In this document: piece after piece, positions 1-8,220 of the stretch
Position numbering within the stretch: the first letter of the stretch is position 1
How the letters are laid out: the number at the start of each line of letters is the position of its first letter
Sequence record: MW679410.1
Origin: Escherichia phage C6
Length of the DNA: 64,000 nucleotides
Reading direction: 5' to 3' (one strand)
Made by a program: the position numbers and the translations under genes
Notes under the pieces: model-generated
The model's input: the letters and a program-made list of their open reading frames with translations, nothing else
Database searches by the model: none
What the model was told of the DNA's origin: nothing

Positions 1-786
1 ACTTAATGATGGTGAAATATTGAAGTCATTAGGAACCTGTGAACGTTCTAGTGCCAGGACACAAGTTTCTTCATACACACCAGCCAATTTAATAGCTTCA
101 GGCAAAGCCTCGAACTTCTCACGAGAAGTCATGACTTCAGAACCTTCCTTCATATAAAAGGTATATGCAGGGCGTCCGGCCAATGCCACAGCTTCATGGA
201 TAGAGTCATGGTCTAGGGTATAAATGGTGTCATTAAAGAACGATGATTTGTTTACATCTAATTTAGGATGAGAATAGCTCAACGTTTCTTTTTGACGTTG
301 CAGCATAATTTCCTGGAGTTCTTCATTCAGGGTGATACCTTTATTACGAAGGTATTTGATGTGGGACATAGTTTTCAGGAAGAACGGATTATTCTTCAGG
401 AAACGATGAGAGGTTTTGATAGCCAGACAGATATCAGGCGTAGCCCAATAGAAACCTGTAAGACGGTCCTTTTTAATATGATTTTCAGCATATTTCAGGA
501 GACGATAACTTGAGGTGAAATCTTCGTCTTGGAGCTCACCAGTGATTTCACGTACGTTAGTCAGAGCACGAACGATATATGCTTCAAAATAGGTTTCTTT
601 ACCGTTGTACATGCATTTAAAAGCCTGGACATCAGGGTTATCCACAGGAACATGGGCGCCGAACATCCGAGCTTTAAAGTGATTCCATGAGCCTTGGTCG
701 GCAATGAAATCCCAATCAGAATTTTCGATATACTTATTTTCAATCAGACCAGCGTGGTGCAGTGCACGAGAACCAATAACTAGCAT
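1..786 (-). CDS. hypothetical protein, partial (ATG at 786-784, reading frame open to window edge; 3' end outside window)
   Basis: Own reverse-complement translation MMLVIGSRALHHAGLIENKY... runs in frame to position 1 with no stop; absent from ORF track, which appears to list only stop-terminated ORFs. Confidence 0.5.
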   Translation of the reverse strand, partial: MLVIGSRALHHAGLIENKYIENSDWDFIADQGSWNHFKARMFGAHVPVDNPDVQAFKCMYNGKETYFEAYIVRALTNVREITGELQDEDFTSSYRLLKYAENHIKKDRLTGFYWATPDICLAIKTSHRFLKNNPFFLKTMSHIKYLRNKGITLNEELQEIMLQRQKETLSYSHPKLDVNKSSFFNDTIYTLDHDSIHEAVALAGRPAYTFYMKEGSEVMTSREKFEALPEAIKLAGVYEETCVLALERSQVPNDFNISPSLS

Positions 787-808
787 CATAATATTTTCCT
801 CAGTAAAC

Positions 809-1048
809 TTAAATTTCGGCAACGTAAGTGTTATGCAATTCCCACATATCATTGGAATTACTCTCAACGATAGGAATTATCTCATTAGAAATTTCTTCTG
901 CATAAGGGTCATTGATACAGTGAGCATCTTCAAAACGAACACCGTAATCAGACTTCTTATAAGCAAAGCCATAAATCTTTTTAAACTTGGCACGAGTAAT
1001 GCGTACTGGTTCATTAGACTTATCGGACATCGGAGCGTAATACCACAT
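809..1048 (-). CDS. hypothetical small protein (79 aa)
   Basis: ORF track; SD GAGGAG 5 nt upstream of ATG at 1048. Confidence 0.5.
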   Translation of the reverse strand: MWYYAPMSDKSNEPVRITRAKFKKIYGFAYKKSDYGVRFEDAHCINDPYAEEISNEIIPIVESNSNDMWELHNTYVAEI

Positions 1049-1091
1049 ATGTTCTCCTCATGTTTGTGTAGGGTAATAGTAACACGTATTT

Positions 1092-1421
1092 TTAGAGTTG
1101 TACATCACTTCTGCAATATTCTAAAAATAATTTATCGTTGTCTACCGTATCCCAACGACGCCAAGATGGATTCCAGACCAAAGCGTTGTCACCACAATCA
1201 TTGAGCTTAAAATGGTCGTAGTACATAGCTATACGTCTAGTTTCGTCACCAGAGAACCCCAGTATAGGCTCGCCATGGGTGTGATACATATGATGGTGCA
1301 TTGAGAGGTCGCATTTGTAAAACATCTCACGTTTACCACGAACGAACAAGAAAGCTTGCCCATTCATATAGAATTCTTTATCTGTTTTCAAAAGATATTT
1401 GAATACTGAATCTTTATGCAT
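1092..1421 (-). CDS. hypothetical protein (His-rich segment HHHMYHTH)
   Basis: ORF track; start moved to ATG at 1421 preceded by GGAGG. Confidence 0.5.
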   Translation of the reverse strand: MHKDSVFKYLLKTDKEFYMNGQAFLFVRGKREMFYKCDLSMHHHMYHTHGEPILGFSGDETRRIAMYYDHFKLNDCGDNALVWNPSWRRWDTVDNDKLFLEYCRSDVQL

Positions 1422-1451
1422 AAATCCTCCTACCACATCCATGTGGTTAAA

Positions 1452-1679
1452 TTATTTTCCTAACGAAACACGAGTAGGTTTTTTACCAAAATAGTCTTCA
1501 TAAGAACCATCTAAACGGCCTGCTTTAGACCGACAATACGAATCATACTTTTTGTAATAAGTCATCTCGGTATTATAACGTGGGTGTCTATCGGCCATAA
1601 TAATACTTAGTGGCCAACCTTTGGCATAATCGCGAAGACTGTTTATTTTACGAATGTATCGTTTTTTCAATTTTAGCAT
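1452..1679 (-). CDS. hypothetical basic small protein (75 aa)
   Basis: ORF track; ATG overlaps last codons of upstream paralog (ATGCTAA). Confidence 0.45.
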   Translation of the reverse strand: MLKLKKRYIRKINSLRDYAKGWPLSIIMADRHPRYNTEMTYYKKYDSYCRSKAGRLDGSYEDYFGKKPTRVSLGK

Positions 1680-1897
1680 GAGCTTGGGTACCAGATTTCA
1701 CCATCGGCACGAGCAACGAAGGTACGACCAGCTTCTTCACCATAACAAGAGCTGTTCAGCCAATCTTCGAGACGAACTTCGCCGTCATAATCGTCGAGCT
1801 CAACACCAAAATCCTGAGCAGAAGCCATATCTTTTACTTTCTTATACAGTGCAGCCAGTTCAAGTGCCGCTTTTTCTAATTCATTAATAGTAGTCAT
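1673..1897 (-). CDS. small acidic protein, paralog 5 of tandem family, C-terminus ...EIWYPSSC
   Basis: ORF track trimmed to ATG at 1897 (SD AAGGTG); C-terminal W-x-x-SS-C motif shared with four upstream genes. Confidence 0.6.
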   Translation of the reverse strand: MTTINELEKAALELAALYKKVKDMASAQDFGVELDDYDGEVRLEDWLNSSCYGEEAGRTFVARADGEIWYPSSC

Positions 1898-1907
1898 TTT
1901 TATCACC

Positions 1908-2117
1908 TTAGCAAGACATAGAGGATGTAAACCAGAAACCTTCACCTTCTGGAATACCGTAATCATCACGGACCCATTCGTAATCATCATATTCCGGACT
2001 AGAAGCTGGAATATATTCTTCGCCACCAGCGTGGAAGTGCTGACCTGTTTCGTCAGCCACGGACTGGCCTTTACGTACTAATTCGCGGATTTGTTTTTCA
2101 ATTTCATCAATAGTCAT
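1908..2117 (-). CDS. small acidic protein, paralog 4, C-terminus ...GFWFTSSMSC
   Basis: ORF track trimmed to ATG at 2117 (SD AAGGAA); conserved junction sequence with paralog 5. Confidence 0.6.
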   Translation of the reverse strand: MTIDEIEKQIRELVRKGQSVADETGQHFHAGGEEYIPASSPEYDDYEWVRDDYGIPEGEGFWFTSSMSC

Positions 2118-2127
2118 TTTTATTTCC

Positions 2128-2325
2128 TTAGCATTCGTAAGAGGAGGACACCCAAGAGGTACCACTAATAGTAATACAACCGTTATAAAGCGTGATATGT
2201 CGTTCTAGGTCACGAACACCATCGATATAGATATCAGCTTCTTCGCGTTCTTCTTTACAAATCTGGATAACGTTTTCAATAGCTGCCGCGGCAGTACGGA
2301 TTGCACAATCTAGTTCACGAGACAT
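2128..2325 (-). CDS. small acidic protein, paralog 3, C-terminus ...SWVSSSYEC
   Basis: ORF track; SD AAGGAA overlapping stop of paralog 2. Confidence 0.6.
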   Translation of the reverse strand: MSRELDCAIRTAAAAIENVIQICKEEREEADIYIDGVRDLERHITLYNGCITISGTSWVSSSYEC

Positions 2326-2334
2326 AATAATTCC

Positions 2335-2616
2335 TTAACATTCAGAAGAAGAGGATACCCATCCACCATTTTCTAGGCTGGTAGTGTAATCATGTTGGTT
2401 TACAATAGCGTACTGAGCTTCACCGTATTCTTCCCAGTGGGCAAGGTCGGCTTTCAGGGCGCCAGGAGAATAATAGTCACCGCCCATACCGCGAGCAGGG
2501 TATATATTAAAATGAGTCTCATATTTGTTAGCAATTTCCTCAGCACGACGAATAGCTTTATGGATATCATTTACTGCTTCAGCCAGTTCTTTATTTTTAC
2601 GGTAATCATTCATCAT
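2335..2616 (-). CDS. small acidic protein, paralog 2, C-terminus ...GGWVSSSSEC
   Basis: ORF track; SD AAGGAA overlapping stop of paralog 1. Confidence 0.6.
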   Translation of the reverse strand: MMNDYRKNKELAEAVNDIHKAIRRAEEIANKYETHFNIYPARGMGGDYYSPGALKADLAHWEEYGEAQYAIVNQHDYTTSLENGGWVSSSSEC

Positions 2617-2625
2617 AGCGTTTCC

Positions 2626-2916
2626 TTAGCACATTGCTGAAGAGGAGACCCAAGCACCAACTGTAACGACGCCGTTTTCAACTTCACCGCCGTTGTTTTC
2701 AATTTCATCTTTAAACCACTGGGAGCATTCATAACCGACAGGATAATATGTACGGCCTGAACCATAATCACCGGTACCGAATTGGATACCATACTTATCG
2801 GCAATAGCTTCACATTCATGTTCGATGGTATTCACTTTACGCAACAGGTCATAGATGGCTTTTTCTGCAGATTTTTCGTCGTTGTGTTCTGGGATTTCAA
2901 TTTCAATTTTATTCAT
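2626..2916 (-). CDS. small acidic protein, paralog 1, C-terminus ...GAWVSSSAMC
   Basis: ORF track; ATG overlaps stop of upstream membrane protein gene (ATGA). Confidence 0.6.
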   Translation of the reverse strand: MNKIEIEIPEHNDEKSAEKAIYDLLRKVNTIEHECEAIADKYGIQFGTGDYGSGRTYYPVGYECSQWFKDEIENNGGEVENGVVTVGAWVSSSAMC

Positions 2917-3266
2917 GATTTACATTCCTTAATAAAGATTTCAAGGTCATTACGTTTAGTTTGATTTACATACTCATTATAATTAGCCATCTCTAAAGCA
3001 TATCTCTTACGGATGGGAGCATTCAAAGCGTTTGTATGGCAAATATCATACACAACAGGGATAAAATAAGCCACGACAGCAGGAGCGATTATCATATAGA
3101 AACCCATCTCAATAGGCATGACTCCTTCGATTGCCGCCATAACCGTGGTCATTACCAGACCAACCAGACCTCCTAGCATACCGGTGACAATTCCCATAAA
3201 TAAGGAAATAGCAATATCATATTCAGCCAATTGATAAACATGTGATGAAAGACTAGGCCGTTCCAT
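2913..3266 (-). CDS. small hydrophobic (predicted membrane) protein, 117 aa
   Basis: ORF track 2913..3440 trimmed to internal ATG at 3266 just past stop of upstream gene; long hydrophobic stretches. Confidence 0.55.
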   Translation of the reverse strand: MERPSLSSHVYQLAEYDIAISLFMGIVTGMLGGLVGLVMTTVMAAIEGVMPIEMGFYMIIAPAVVAYFIPVVYDICHTNALNAPIRKRYALEMANYNEYVNQTKRNDLEIFIKECKS

Positions 3267-3795
3267 TTTGAACCTCTTTAGCGTATTCGCGACATTCAGC
3301 AATAAAACGATTAAGCTTCCGTTGTTGTTTTCGAATCTCTGATGTATACTCATTAGCCAAAATAATAAGCTCATCTTTATCGTAATTTTTAATATCCGAA
3401 TAACTCGGGCGGCGGTCGACCATACCAAAGTGGTCACCATTTTCTAACATCAAATAGCATACTAAATGGTAATCATCGTCAGCATCAACAAGCTGTTTAC
3501 AATCACTTGGTTCATTTAAAGCGTATACTGAATAGCATAATCCAGAGAATTCCACTCGTTGAATACCCAGATTTAAGTCAATAATTTCTAAAGCTTCTGC
3601 AAAAGAAAGGTCCTCAGCTAAAGCAAAGATAAAAGGTAATTTGCTAGTGTATCCACGGCTATTTGTTCGACTTAAGAAATCATTGGAATAACCTAAGTCT
3701 TGGCGAATTCTATAAAGAACTGAATTAGTTTCATGTGAAAGACCACTATGCTTAAACCAATCAATATTTGATATCAGGTCATCATATAAACTCAT
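3253..3795 (-). CDS. hypothetical protein (180 aa)
   Basis: ORF track; SD GGAGGAGAGG upstream of ATG at 3795. Confidence 0.6.
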   Translation of the reverse strand: MSLYDDLISNIDWFKHSGLSHETNSVLYRIRQDLGYSNDFLSRTNSRGYTSKLPFIFALAEDLSFAEALEIIDLNLGIQRVEFSGLCYSVYALNEPSDCKQLVDADDDYHLVCYLMLENGDHFGMVDRRPSYSDIKNYDKDELIILANEYTSEIRKQQRKLNRFIAECREYAKEVQNGTA

Positions 3796-3818
3796 AATAT
3801 TCTCCTCTCCTCCAAATA

Positions 3819-3836
3819 GGGAGACCGAAGTCTCCC
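3819..3836 (-). terminator. GC hairpin GGGAGACUUCGGUCUCCC (UUCG loop) followed by U-rich tract on minus strand
   Basis: Inverted repeat read directly; same hairpin recurs at 5335-5350 and 41705-41722. Confidence 0.5.
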
Positions 3837-3843
3837 GGTAACA

Positions 3844-4437
3844 TTACTTAAGTGAATTAATGTAGTCGTCGATATCAGCAGAAGTCGTATCCATTCCAAC
3901 TTGTGGGCCTTTAAATGTTTCTACACGCAGCAGGGTATCTTCAATATCAATCTTAGTCAATGCAGCGATTTCAACAACATCATCGGCAGTAGCAATACCA
4001 AGGGCAGCCATATTACGAGTTTCACGGATGTACTCGAGCTTAACGGCTAGTTCCTGACGAGAGTCATCAAGTTCCTTGACCTTCAGTTTAATTTCATTAC
4101 GCATTTCGATATAATCATCGGCTTTCTTACGAAGCTGAGTAGCTGTACGACGATAAAGGAGACCGAGTTTAGCATGTACCTGGACATCAGCGCCTTCGGC
4201 AATCAGTTTACGAATTTCACGTTCTTTAGAAGCAGCGAGCTGGTCTTTTTCATTAGCCAACGCACGAATACGTTTTTCTTCATTCACAGACTTAACATGA
4301 GCAGTCTGGAGTTCAGTGATTTTATCAATCAGGGTAGAAGCAGCTTTAGTATACTGGTCTTCGATTGACAGGTTCTGAGTCATTGCGGTGCCCAGTTTAG
4401 AACGAATGAATTCAACGAGTTTCTTTAAAGTGTTCAT
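3844..4437 (-). CDS. hypothetical coiled-coil-rich protein (197 aa)
   Basis: ORF track; heptad-like charged/hydrophobic pattern. Confidence 0.6.
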   Translation of the reverse strand: MNTLKKLVEFIRSKLGTAMTQNLSIEDQYTKAASTLIDKITELQTAHVKSVNEEKRIRALANEKDQLAASKEREIRKLIAEGADVQVHAKLGLLYRRTATQLRKKADDYIEMRNEIKLKVKELDDSRQELAVKLEYIRETRNMAALGIATADDVVEIAALTKIDIEDTLLRVETFKGPQVGMDTTSADIDDYINSLK

Positions 4438-4479
4438 AGTATTTCCTTCAGTTGATTAAGATTTATAATCCATGAGGAC

Positions 4480-4509
4480 ATTATACCCTGTCCTCTGAGG
4501 GTTGTAAAC
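4480..4509 (-). promoter_or_regulatory. early-type sigma70 promoter (GTTTAC -N18- TATAAT) for gene 3844..4437
   Basis: -35 GTTTAC and -10 TATAAT read on minus strand, -10 embedded in short inverted repeat. Confidence 0.45.
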
Positions 4510-4512
4510 ATT

Positions 4513-4785
4513 TTATTTCATTTTTGCTAGGCAGATTTCATTGGCTTCCCATTGAGCTTGCTTAATAATAGCTTTGGATACAGGAGCCCTTTGGCCATAA
4601 GTTTTTGACGTTGAGAGAACAATACATTTGTTTGCTTCATTATGCCAGCCCCATGATTTTTCGCCATGGGTACCTTTAACTACAGCTGACACCTCAACAG
4701 AGCAACCACCATCAGAAATCTTGGTTTCGACAATCCATTCATTTCTCTCGGCTGCTTCAAGTTCTAATCTAGTTTTTTTCTTCAT
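4513..4785 (-). CDS. hypothetical protein (90 aa)
   Basis: ORF track. Confidence 0.5.
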   Translation of the reverse strand: MKKKTRLELEAAERNEWIVETKISDGGCSVEVSAVVKGTHGEKSWGWHNEANKCIVLSTSKTYGQRAPVSKAIIKQAQWEANEICLAKMK

Positions 4786-4969
4786 ACATGGCAGCCCAAT
4801 CAGTTTTTGCCAAGTTGAAAGTAAGAGCTTTCTCTAATTCTTTGGCAGCTTTTTGTTGTTCAGGTGTTAATGAATTATACAACTCTTGCATTTCTTTATC
4901 TTCGATATTCATTATGTTCTCCTCAAATTACGGGCTCATAATATCTTAATCATGAGCCCATGTAAACTT

Positions 4970-5233
4970 TTATTTCATATTATTGAAATAATCTTCCGCA
5001 TCAAAATCGTTATCATGATAAACTTTGGTAGACGATTTGGCGTAACCTTCAGCTGAGAACATATTAATCACAACTTTAATTGTATACCACTGTCCATCTT
5101 CATTACCCATTACTGCATAGGTTTCATACACTGGGTGTTCAGGACCGATAACCTTAATATCGTTAACTGTGGCACCAAATTCTTCCGGAACGCATTTCAT
5201 AAAGAAATTAAACAATTCACCATAATTATCCAT
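4970..5233 (-). CDS. hypothetical acidic protein (87 aa)
   Basis: ORF track start is GTG; moved to ATG at 5233 preceded by AAGGAG. Confidence 0.55.
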   Translation of the reverse strand: MDNYGELFNFFMKCVPEEFGATVNDIKVIGPEHPVYETYAVMGNEDGQWYTIKVVINMFSAEGYAKSSTKVYHDNDFDAEDYFNNMK

Positions 5234-5268
5234 TTTACTCTCCTTCACTCTGTTGTTTTGATAGGTCT

Positions 5269-5297
5269 ATAGTATCATGTTTAAAGTAGGTGTAAAC
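5269..5297 (-). promoter_or_regulatory. early-type promoter GTTTAC -N17- TACTAT
   Basis: Motif read on minus strand upstream of gene 4970..5233. Confidence 0.45.
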
Positions 5298-5334
5298 AAC
5301 TTTGTGAAATTATTTTTAGTCTAAACCCCCAAAA

Positions 5335-5350
5335 AGGAGACCGAAGTCTC
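5335..5350 (-). terminator. GC hairpin GGAGACUUCGGUCUCC + U5 on minus strand
   Basis: Inverted repeat followed by TTTTT immediately downstream of stop of gene 5357..5974. Confidence 0.55.
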
Positions 5351-5356
5351 CTTTCA

Positions 5357-5974
5357 TTATTTACGGGTCTTTTCGAACTGAGCGGCGTCACCAGCAAGGC
5401 GGCGTGCTTGACGAAGTTTGTTGTCGATTTCTTCGTGCATAGGCTGGGTATACTTAAGGCCTTCAACCGTCAGATAGAGACGATAAAGGTCTGGGGTATC
5501 CAGGTTGTTAATGTGCTGTCCGTTACGAAGAGCATTGAACTCTCGAACGAGTTGTTTAGTTTCAGATTCGATTTCCGAAACCAAAGAAGCCAGTTGATTA
5601 TATTTTTTAACTATAGTGCTGGTGTCAAACTTGATTTTAGGTTTAGGAGCTTCTTTTACCGGTTCGGCTTTAGGCGTTGGTTTCGGCGCTGCAACTTTGG
5701 TCTGGGCCACAGGTTTAGCAACAGGAGCTTTAGCTGGTTTAGCAGGCTTAGTAGCGCCGCCAGCTACGATATCTTTAAAAGCTTTGGAAGCTTTGTAATA
5801 TTCTTTCTGGTTACTAGTATCAAAACCATACATATCATAAACGTTTTTAAAGAACTCAGTACTAGTTTTAGCCCCAGAAATTTTATCATAAGCGGCTTGC
5901 CACATATCTTTAGTCATGCGCACGCCGGCTTCAGTCAGAATGTTTTCGTTCAAAAATTCATTGTAAGTTTTCAT
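5357..5974 (-). CDS. capsid internal protein, IPIII-like, with N-terminal capsid targeting sequence MKTYNEFLNE and Ala/Pro/Lys-rich low-complexity linker
   Basis: N-terminus matches the T4 internal-protein targeting sequence MKTYQEFIAE as recalled; position between tRNA cluster and early genes. Confidence 0.7.
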   Translation of the reverse strand: MKTYNEFLNENILTEAGVRMTKDMWQAAYDKISGAKTSTEFFKNVYDMYGFDTSNQKEYYKASKAFKDIVAGGATKPAKPAKAPVAKPVAQTKVAAPKPTPKAEPVKEAPKPKIKFDTSTIVKKYNQLASLVSEIESETKQLVREFNALRNGQHINNLDTPDLYRLYLTVEGLKYTQPMHEEIDNKLRQARRLAGDAAQFEKTRK

Positions 5975-6002
5975 TATTGTTTCCTGTGTTAATTAACTTA
6001 TC

Positions 6003-6010
6003 TATTTATA
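6003..6010 (-). promoter_or_regulatory. late promoter TATAAATA for IPIII-like gene
   Basis: Exact TATAAATA on minus strand about 29 nt upstream of ATG 5974. Confidence 0.5.
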
Positions 6011-6017
6011 CAAAAAA

Positions 6018-6039
6018 GGCCCAACCTTTCGGAAGGGCC
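6018..6039 (-). terminator. GC-rich hairpin followed by U6 on minus strand, downstream of tRNA cluster
   Basis: GGCCCAACCTTTCGGAAGGGCC with flanking A/T runs; near-identical copy at 48161-48188. Confidence 0.5.
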
Positions 6040-6217
6040 TTTAACCTAGGGTAACCTTGTCGGGGTTCCACCTGCTAGGCAAGTGTTCAAAAATAAGGTG
6101 CGCCGTTTCAGCTGTGAGATAAGGGACTTTAAGAGGAACTCATGTACGCCTTAAAGTCGGGTCTTATTCAGGGAACTTCAGTCCGACGACTTACCGGTAG
6201 CGACCCGGTTTCTTGTT

Positions 6218-6293
6218 TGGCCGAGACAGTAGGGATCGAACCTACGACCCAGGACTTAGAAGGTCCTTGCTCTTCCTTCTGAGCTATGCCTCG
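6218..6293 (-). tRNA. tRNA-Arg (anticodon TCT)
   Basis: Hand-folded cloverleaf: 7-bp acceptor stem, GCTC/GAGC D-stem, anticodon loop CTTCTAA, T-loop GGTTCGATCC, encoded CCA. Confidence 0.8.
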
Positions 6294-6297
6294 TATT

Positions 6298-6372
6298 TGG
6301 CGGACATGCATGGATTCGAACCATGGACCAATTGATTAACAGTCAACTGCTCTGCCACTGAGCTACACATCC
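6298..6372 (-). tRNA. tRNA-Asn (anticodon GTT)
   Basis: Anticodon loop CTGTTAA, T-loop GGTTCGAATCC, acceptor stem pairs with G-U wobbles, encoded CCA. Confidence 0.75.
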
Positions 6373-6376
6373 AAAT

Positions 6377-6450
6377 TGGTGGCCCTGGGTGGAATCGAAC
6401 CACCATCCAGCGATTATGAGTCGCTCGCTTGACCGTCCAGCTACAGGGCC
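6377..6450 (-). tRNA. tRNA with CAT anticodon (Met or lysidine-type Ile2)
   Basis: Perfect 7-bp acceptor stem GGCCCTG/CAGGGCC, anticodon loop CTCATAA, T-loop GGTTCGATTCC; anticodon arm resembles E. coli tRNA-Ile2 as recalled. Confidence 0.75.
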
Positions 6451-6455
6451 TTAAT

Positions 6456-6722
6456 TTAAATTACAAATCCAGCAGGAGCATTATCATCTTTAGCCATGTG
6501 CTGAATTGTATGATAAGTCATTTCTTCAGGAGCAACCAGATAAGCCGCAGCGTTAACTAGTGGAATTATTTTTGGTTTAGCGAATGTGCTATCGGCAATT
6601 GTCATAAAGGGCTCGCCGTCGGTCTCAACTTCGCCAAATTGACATTCATATGAAATAGAACAACGTTTGGTAGTTGTTGTCTTGGTTTCCGGGTCATAAA
6701 AAGCTAATTTTAATACTAACAT
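6456..6722 (-). CDS. hypothetical protein (88 aa)
   Basis: ORF track trimmed to ATG at 6722 with SD GAGGTG. Confidence 0.5.
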   Translation of the reverse strand: MLVLKLAFYDPETKTTTTKRCSISYECQFGEVETDGEPFMTIADSTFAKPKIIPLVNAAAYLVAPEEMTYHTIQHMAKDDNAPAGFVI

Positions 6723-6852
6723 AAACACCTCAAATAAAAATTAAGTAAAGTAAGTTTGATTAATAGACCTTGTCTATTATGAAAGGTTCTTTGAGGGAAG
6801 AACCTTTGGTAATAGAGGGTATTAATGATAGAGTAATAATATCACATAATTC

Positions 6853-7329
6853 TTAAAGCATATCAAGTGCTTTAACACTAGGTATTTGGATTTCTTCTTC
6901 AACGATGTACAGCTTAACATAAGAAATTACGCGCATGAAATCGCCGTCATATTCACAAGCCATACCAAGGAGCTCAGTAAGGGCTTCATTCAAGTAGTAT
7001 GCTTCTTCATCGTCATTCAACAAGGCTTCTAAGTCTTGAATACCTAGGACCTTATCCAAAAATTCAGGAGTCAACTGACCGGATTTTACACCAGATTCAA
7101 TGTGAGCAATAACCAAATGCTTAACTACGTCCCAGTCTTCGTTACCACATTTATTGTGGTTGTTGCAATGCGAACCATGGAAAAGTTCTAAGATGTATTT
7201 GTACTGTTGGATTTCCTGTTCTTCTACACCAAATACAGTCTGGGTTTTATAGTTATCACCATCATTTTCCCAAGTTTCGATTTCAAGAACATAACCTTTA
7301 GGAATAACTTGTCCAAATTTAATATTCAT
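6853..7329 (-). CDS. hypothetical acidic protein (158 aa)
   Basis: ORF track start is GTG; ATG at 7329 overlaps upstream stop (ATGA). Confidence 0.55.
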   Translation of the reverse strand: MNIKFGQVIPKGYVLEIETWENDGDNYKTQTVFGVEEQEIQQYKYILELFHGSHCNNHNKCGNEDWDVVKHLVIAHIESGVKSGQLTPEFLDKVLGIQDLEALLNDDEEAYYLNEALTELLGMACEYDGDFMRVISYVKLYIVEEEIQIPSVKALDML

Positions 7330-7616
7330 TGTGGCCACATATTAATGTAATCAAGTTTAATAGAAGCAATCTTCAAAGGATTTTTAAATATGTCATATTC
7401 GACCAATCCGTTTTCAGTTGCGGTATAAAAAGTAAAGTTAACAGAATTATAACGATGGCTGTTAACTTTGAGTTTAACATCACTTGAACTACGGCCAATA
7501 TTAACCTGTTGAACATCAAGCACAGCATCTTTGCCGTAATTTCGAATCAACAACTCGGCTGCAACCTGATCGGATTTATAGCCATTCTCTGGATTAGTAA
7601 CCTTAACGTATAGCAT
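7326..7616 (-). CDS. hypothetical protein (96 aa)
   Basis: ORF track; start abuts upstream stop (TAAATG). Confidence 0.5.
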   Translation of the reverse strand: MLYVKVTNPENGYKSDQVAAELLIRNYGKDAVLDVQQVNIGRSSSDVKLKVNSHRYNSVNFTFYTATENGLVEYDIFKNPLKIASIKLDYINMWPQ

Positions 7617-7997
7617 TTAACCCTCGTCTACAATTGTGTGGGTATTGGCATTAACAATTTGCCACCAGTCAAAACGATTAGACCCATATTGAGGCTTATT
7701 CTCGTTTTCTTTAATGATATCACGTAGTTCATCTTCAGTAGCAGCTTTTGCGATTAAGTCGGCATAGCCGCCACGAGGATAATAGTTATCACCTGCGAAA
7801 AGTAAAAAGTTTGTTTTGATATTATTGAACTCTTCAAGAGTAATAACCGTTCCGTTTGGTTGAACAATATCTATATAACTATATCCTAATTTCTGAGCTT
7901 CGGAAACCGCTTCAAGCAGGGTATCATGGGCCCATCCAATTTGACAATCGGGTTTTTCGGATGGATTAGCTTGGTAGTCCGCATACACTTTATACAT
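7617..7997 (-). CDS. hypothetical protein (126 aa)
   Basis: ORF track trimmed to ATG at 7997 (SD GGTGAG). Confidence 0.55.
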   Translation of the reverse strand: MYKVYADYQANPSEKPDCQIGWAHDTLLEAVSEAQKLGYSYIDIVQPNGTVITLEEFNNIKTNFLLFAGDNYYPRGGYADLIAKAATEDELRDIIKENENKPQYGSNRFDWWQIVNANTHTIVDEG

Positions 7998-7998
7998 T

Positions 7999-8184
7999 TT
8001 ACTCACCTTTAGAGATTTTATCCATAACAAAAGAGATTGAACCAATTAAAAATGCCACTACTAAAGAGATTATATTCTCGGAAGTTGAAAGCATATCGAG
8101 CATGAATCCTGCAAACATACTAAAGCCAAAAGCAGTAACGGCGGCCAGTGCAGTAACATTTCTAATTAATTCACAACGTTTCAT
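7999..8184 (-). CDS. small membrane protein (61 aa, two hydrophobic segments)
   Basis: ORF track start is TTG; ATG at 8184 preceded by GGAG. Confidence 0.5.
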   Translation of the reverse strand: MKRCELIRNVTALAAVTAFGFSMFAGFMLDMLSTSENIISLVVAFLIGSISFVMDKISKGE

Positions 8185-8220
8185 TTTATTCTCCAATCAC
8201 TCATTTGTTTTGATAGGGCT

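Noticed and set aside
268-1204. Plus-strand ORFs 268..513 and 704..1204
   Set aside because: Embedded antisense in minus-strand genes that have proper SD/start signals.
3844-4437. Possible PspA/IM30-like protein
   Set aside because: Only generic coiled-coil character; N-terminus does not match the PspA motif I recall, so left as hypothetical.
5408-5992. Plus-strand ORFs overlapping the IPIII-like gene, including the Ala/Gly-rich 5616..5798
   Set aside because: Mirror image of the AKP-rich low-complexity region on the coding (minus) strand.
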